A stretch of DNA of 64,000 bases from the human T2T-CHM13v2.0 reference genome, Homo sapiens. Made by a program: the position numbers and the translations under genes. Positions 62,462-64,000 of the stretch are shown here, in pieces; the first letter of the stretch is position 1; each line of letters begins with the position of its first letter. Location: assembly GCF_009914755.1 (NCBI RefSeq), contig NC_060930.1; one strand, 5' to 3'. Under the pieces are notes generated by a model that had not been told where the DNA came from, did not search any database, and saw nothing but the letters and a program-made list of their open reading frames with translations.

Positions 62462-63159
62462 TTTGTTAATACACAAAGTGCCATTTGGCTCTCCTGCCCT
62501 GATGTCTGCCTGAGAAGAAGGCTGATTCTGTCTGTTTGTGGAGTGTGGGGAGCAGCCACTCCCACTGGATGTGCCCACCTGGGCCGCCAACTTCTGTGCC
62601 CAGGCCTGAGAAGCCTGACAGGGCACATTCCATCCACTTGCCGAACACACTGCCACAGAAATGGTAGGAGGCTGCTACATGGTGCGGAATGAATCCAAGA
62701 GTGTGTTTGCTGGTCTATGAAAATGCCAGCCAGAGCCCTATGAGTGGCTTGACTCTCCACCCTTTTCTTCCCCCTTGCAGGAAAGAGCGGACTTTTGAAA
62801 GGGTGGATTATGACCCAATAGATCTGGGTTTGCCTCGTTTACTGTTGCAGCTTTTCTAAACCCAGATGATTGTTCAGGCAACCTTGAAATGTTTTTTTTT
62901 CTGATCTCACATTTTAGTTTTCTGTCATTCAGTTCTGTGGCAGTTATTTTTAGCTAATAATGCCATCTAAAAAAAGTCTCAGAGTTTGCAGTAGGTTACT
63001 GTGTTTTATCAGCAGATGGCTTCTAGTAAACTTACACTTAAAAAGTAAACACATTGAAATGCTTCATATTCCTTCACAAGAATAACCATGTAGCATTTTA
63101 AATAGCAAGCACATGCATGCCAGCTCAGAAATATGCCAGGTTTTTCTTCTTCCTTCATT

Positions 63160-63270
63160 TCTTCCCTCCCCTTCCCTTCCCTTCCCTTCCCTTCCTTTCC
63201 CTTTCCTTCCCTTCCCCTCCCTATCTTCCTCTCTCCCACATTCCCTCTTTTCCTTCCTTTCTTTCCATTT
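63160..63270. repeat. (CCCTT)n / CT-rich simple repeat
   Basis: cccttcccttcccttcccttcccttcc. Confidence 0.9.
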
Positions 63271-63349
63271 TTAAGTACCTGTATTTAAATACTCCAATGG
63301 GCTACTTAGAGATTAAATTGTGTTTCCAGCATGGTTCAGAGGCTGTATA

Positions 63350-63570
63350 ACATATCATTCTAGAATAAGTCTGAACAGGGCCAAATCTTGGCTTTACCAT
63401 TTGTTAACTACAAGATCCTGAGCAAATTATTTAACCTCCCTAATTCTTAGTTGCAATGTCCATGAAATGCAAATAATAATATTGAGCTTATAAGATTCTT
63501 ATGGATTTCAGATAATACATAAAGCACAGTGACAAACACAGTAAATGCTCAATAAATGTTAGCTATTTTC
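63350..63570 (+). mobile_element. MIR SINE
   Basis: ctgagcaaattatttaacctccctaattcttagtt...acagtaaatgctcaataaatgttagctatt. Confidence 0.8.
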
Positions 63571-64000
63571 TTTATATACTTAGAGAAGATTTTGTAAGTT
63601 TTATTAATATTATTCTTGATAATTTTAAGGATTTCTCAAGTTCAGCCACTACAGAAGTTATATCATAACCAAATAAGTAAAAAGGGAGAAATAATGTGGC
63701 CCCTAATGTGATTTTTTAAAGTAAATAAAGGACTGATACATAATTCTGAACTCTCTCATCATCGTTATCTTGAAGATAGGAGCTGCAATGCTTTGGACCG
63801 GAGAATGTCACCCACCCACCATTTGGACCAGTGTACTTGCAAGTTAAAAAGACCTTGAGGCTAAATCTGCTTGTTCTCATCTCTCTGTCTAAACCCCATG
63901 GAGTAACTCCCTCCCTCCAAGTCCAGCCCCTCAGGTGTCTACTGTGACCATGATGTTCTCAGCACCTTGTCCTACACATGAGCCTTCTTGTTCCTTCTCT

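Noticed and set aside
62267-62760. Cluster of overlapping ORFs in a slightly GC-richer patch
   Set aside because: Partly L1 3'UTR; too few CpGs for an island; no recognisable protein

Overview
Human genomic DNA: an AluYb8 with its diagnostic 7-bp duplication sits at 28692. The window is AT-rich and repeat-dense, with no CpG island, and looks intronic or intergenic. No known protein-coding gene could be named. The only ORFs with recognisable homology are broken LINE-1 ORF2 pieces in a 5'-inverted (twin-primed) L1PA at 6668-9227; most other track ORFs are Alu, LTR or microsatellite read-throughs. Repeats include Alus (J, S, Y, Yb8, two 5'-truncated copies, one trimer), a full-length THE1 provirus, solo THE1/MST/MLT1 LTRs, a MER21-like LTR, MER1B/MER5 DNA transposons, and many L2/MIR/L1M relics. 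Subfamily names come from remembered consensus motifs and were not computed. The most interesting signal, which the ORF track cannot show, is a hand-assembled chain of 11 minus-strand exons (48935 to 28114, several of them micro-exons). They have canonical GT-AG sites and matching intron phases, and join into one 272-codon frame broken by only three TAA stops. This is a candidate unitary pseudogene, or a short-ORF spliced gene. Also present: weaker plus-strand exon candidates, a palindromic TA-rich array (29640-30302), a direct/inverted/direct micro-triplication (33476-33544) and a local ~270-bp duplication whose copies were hit by THE1 and Alu. All gene models are inference from splice signals and need RNA-seq and comparative confirmation.
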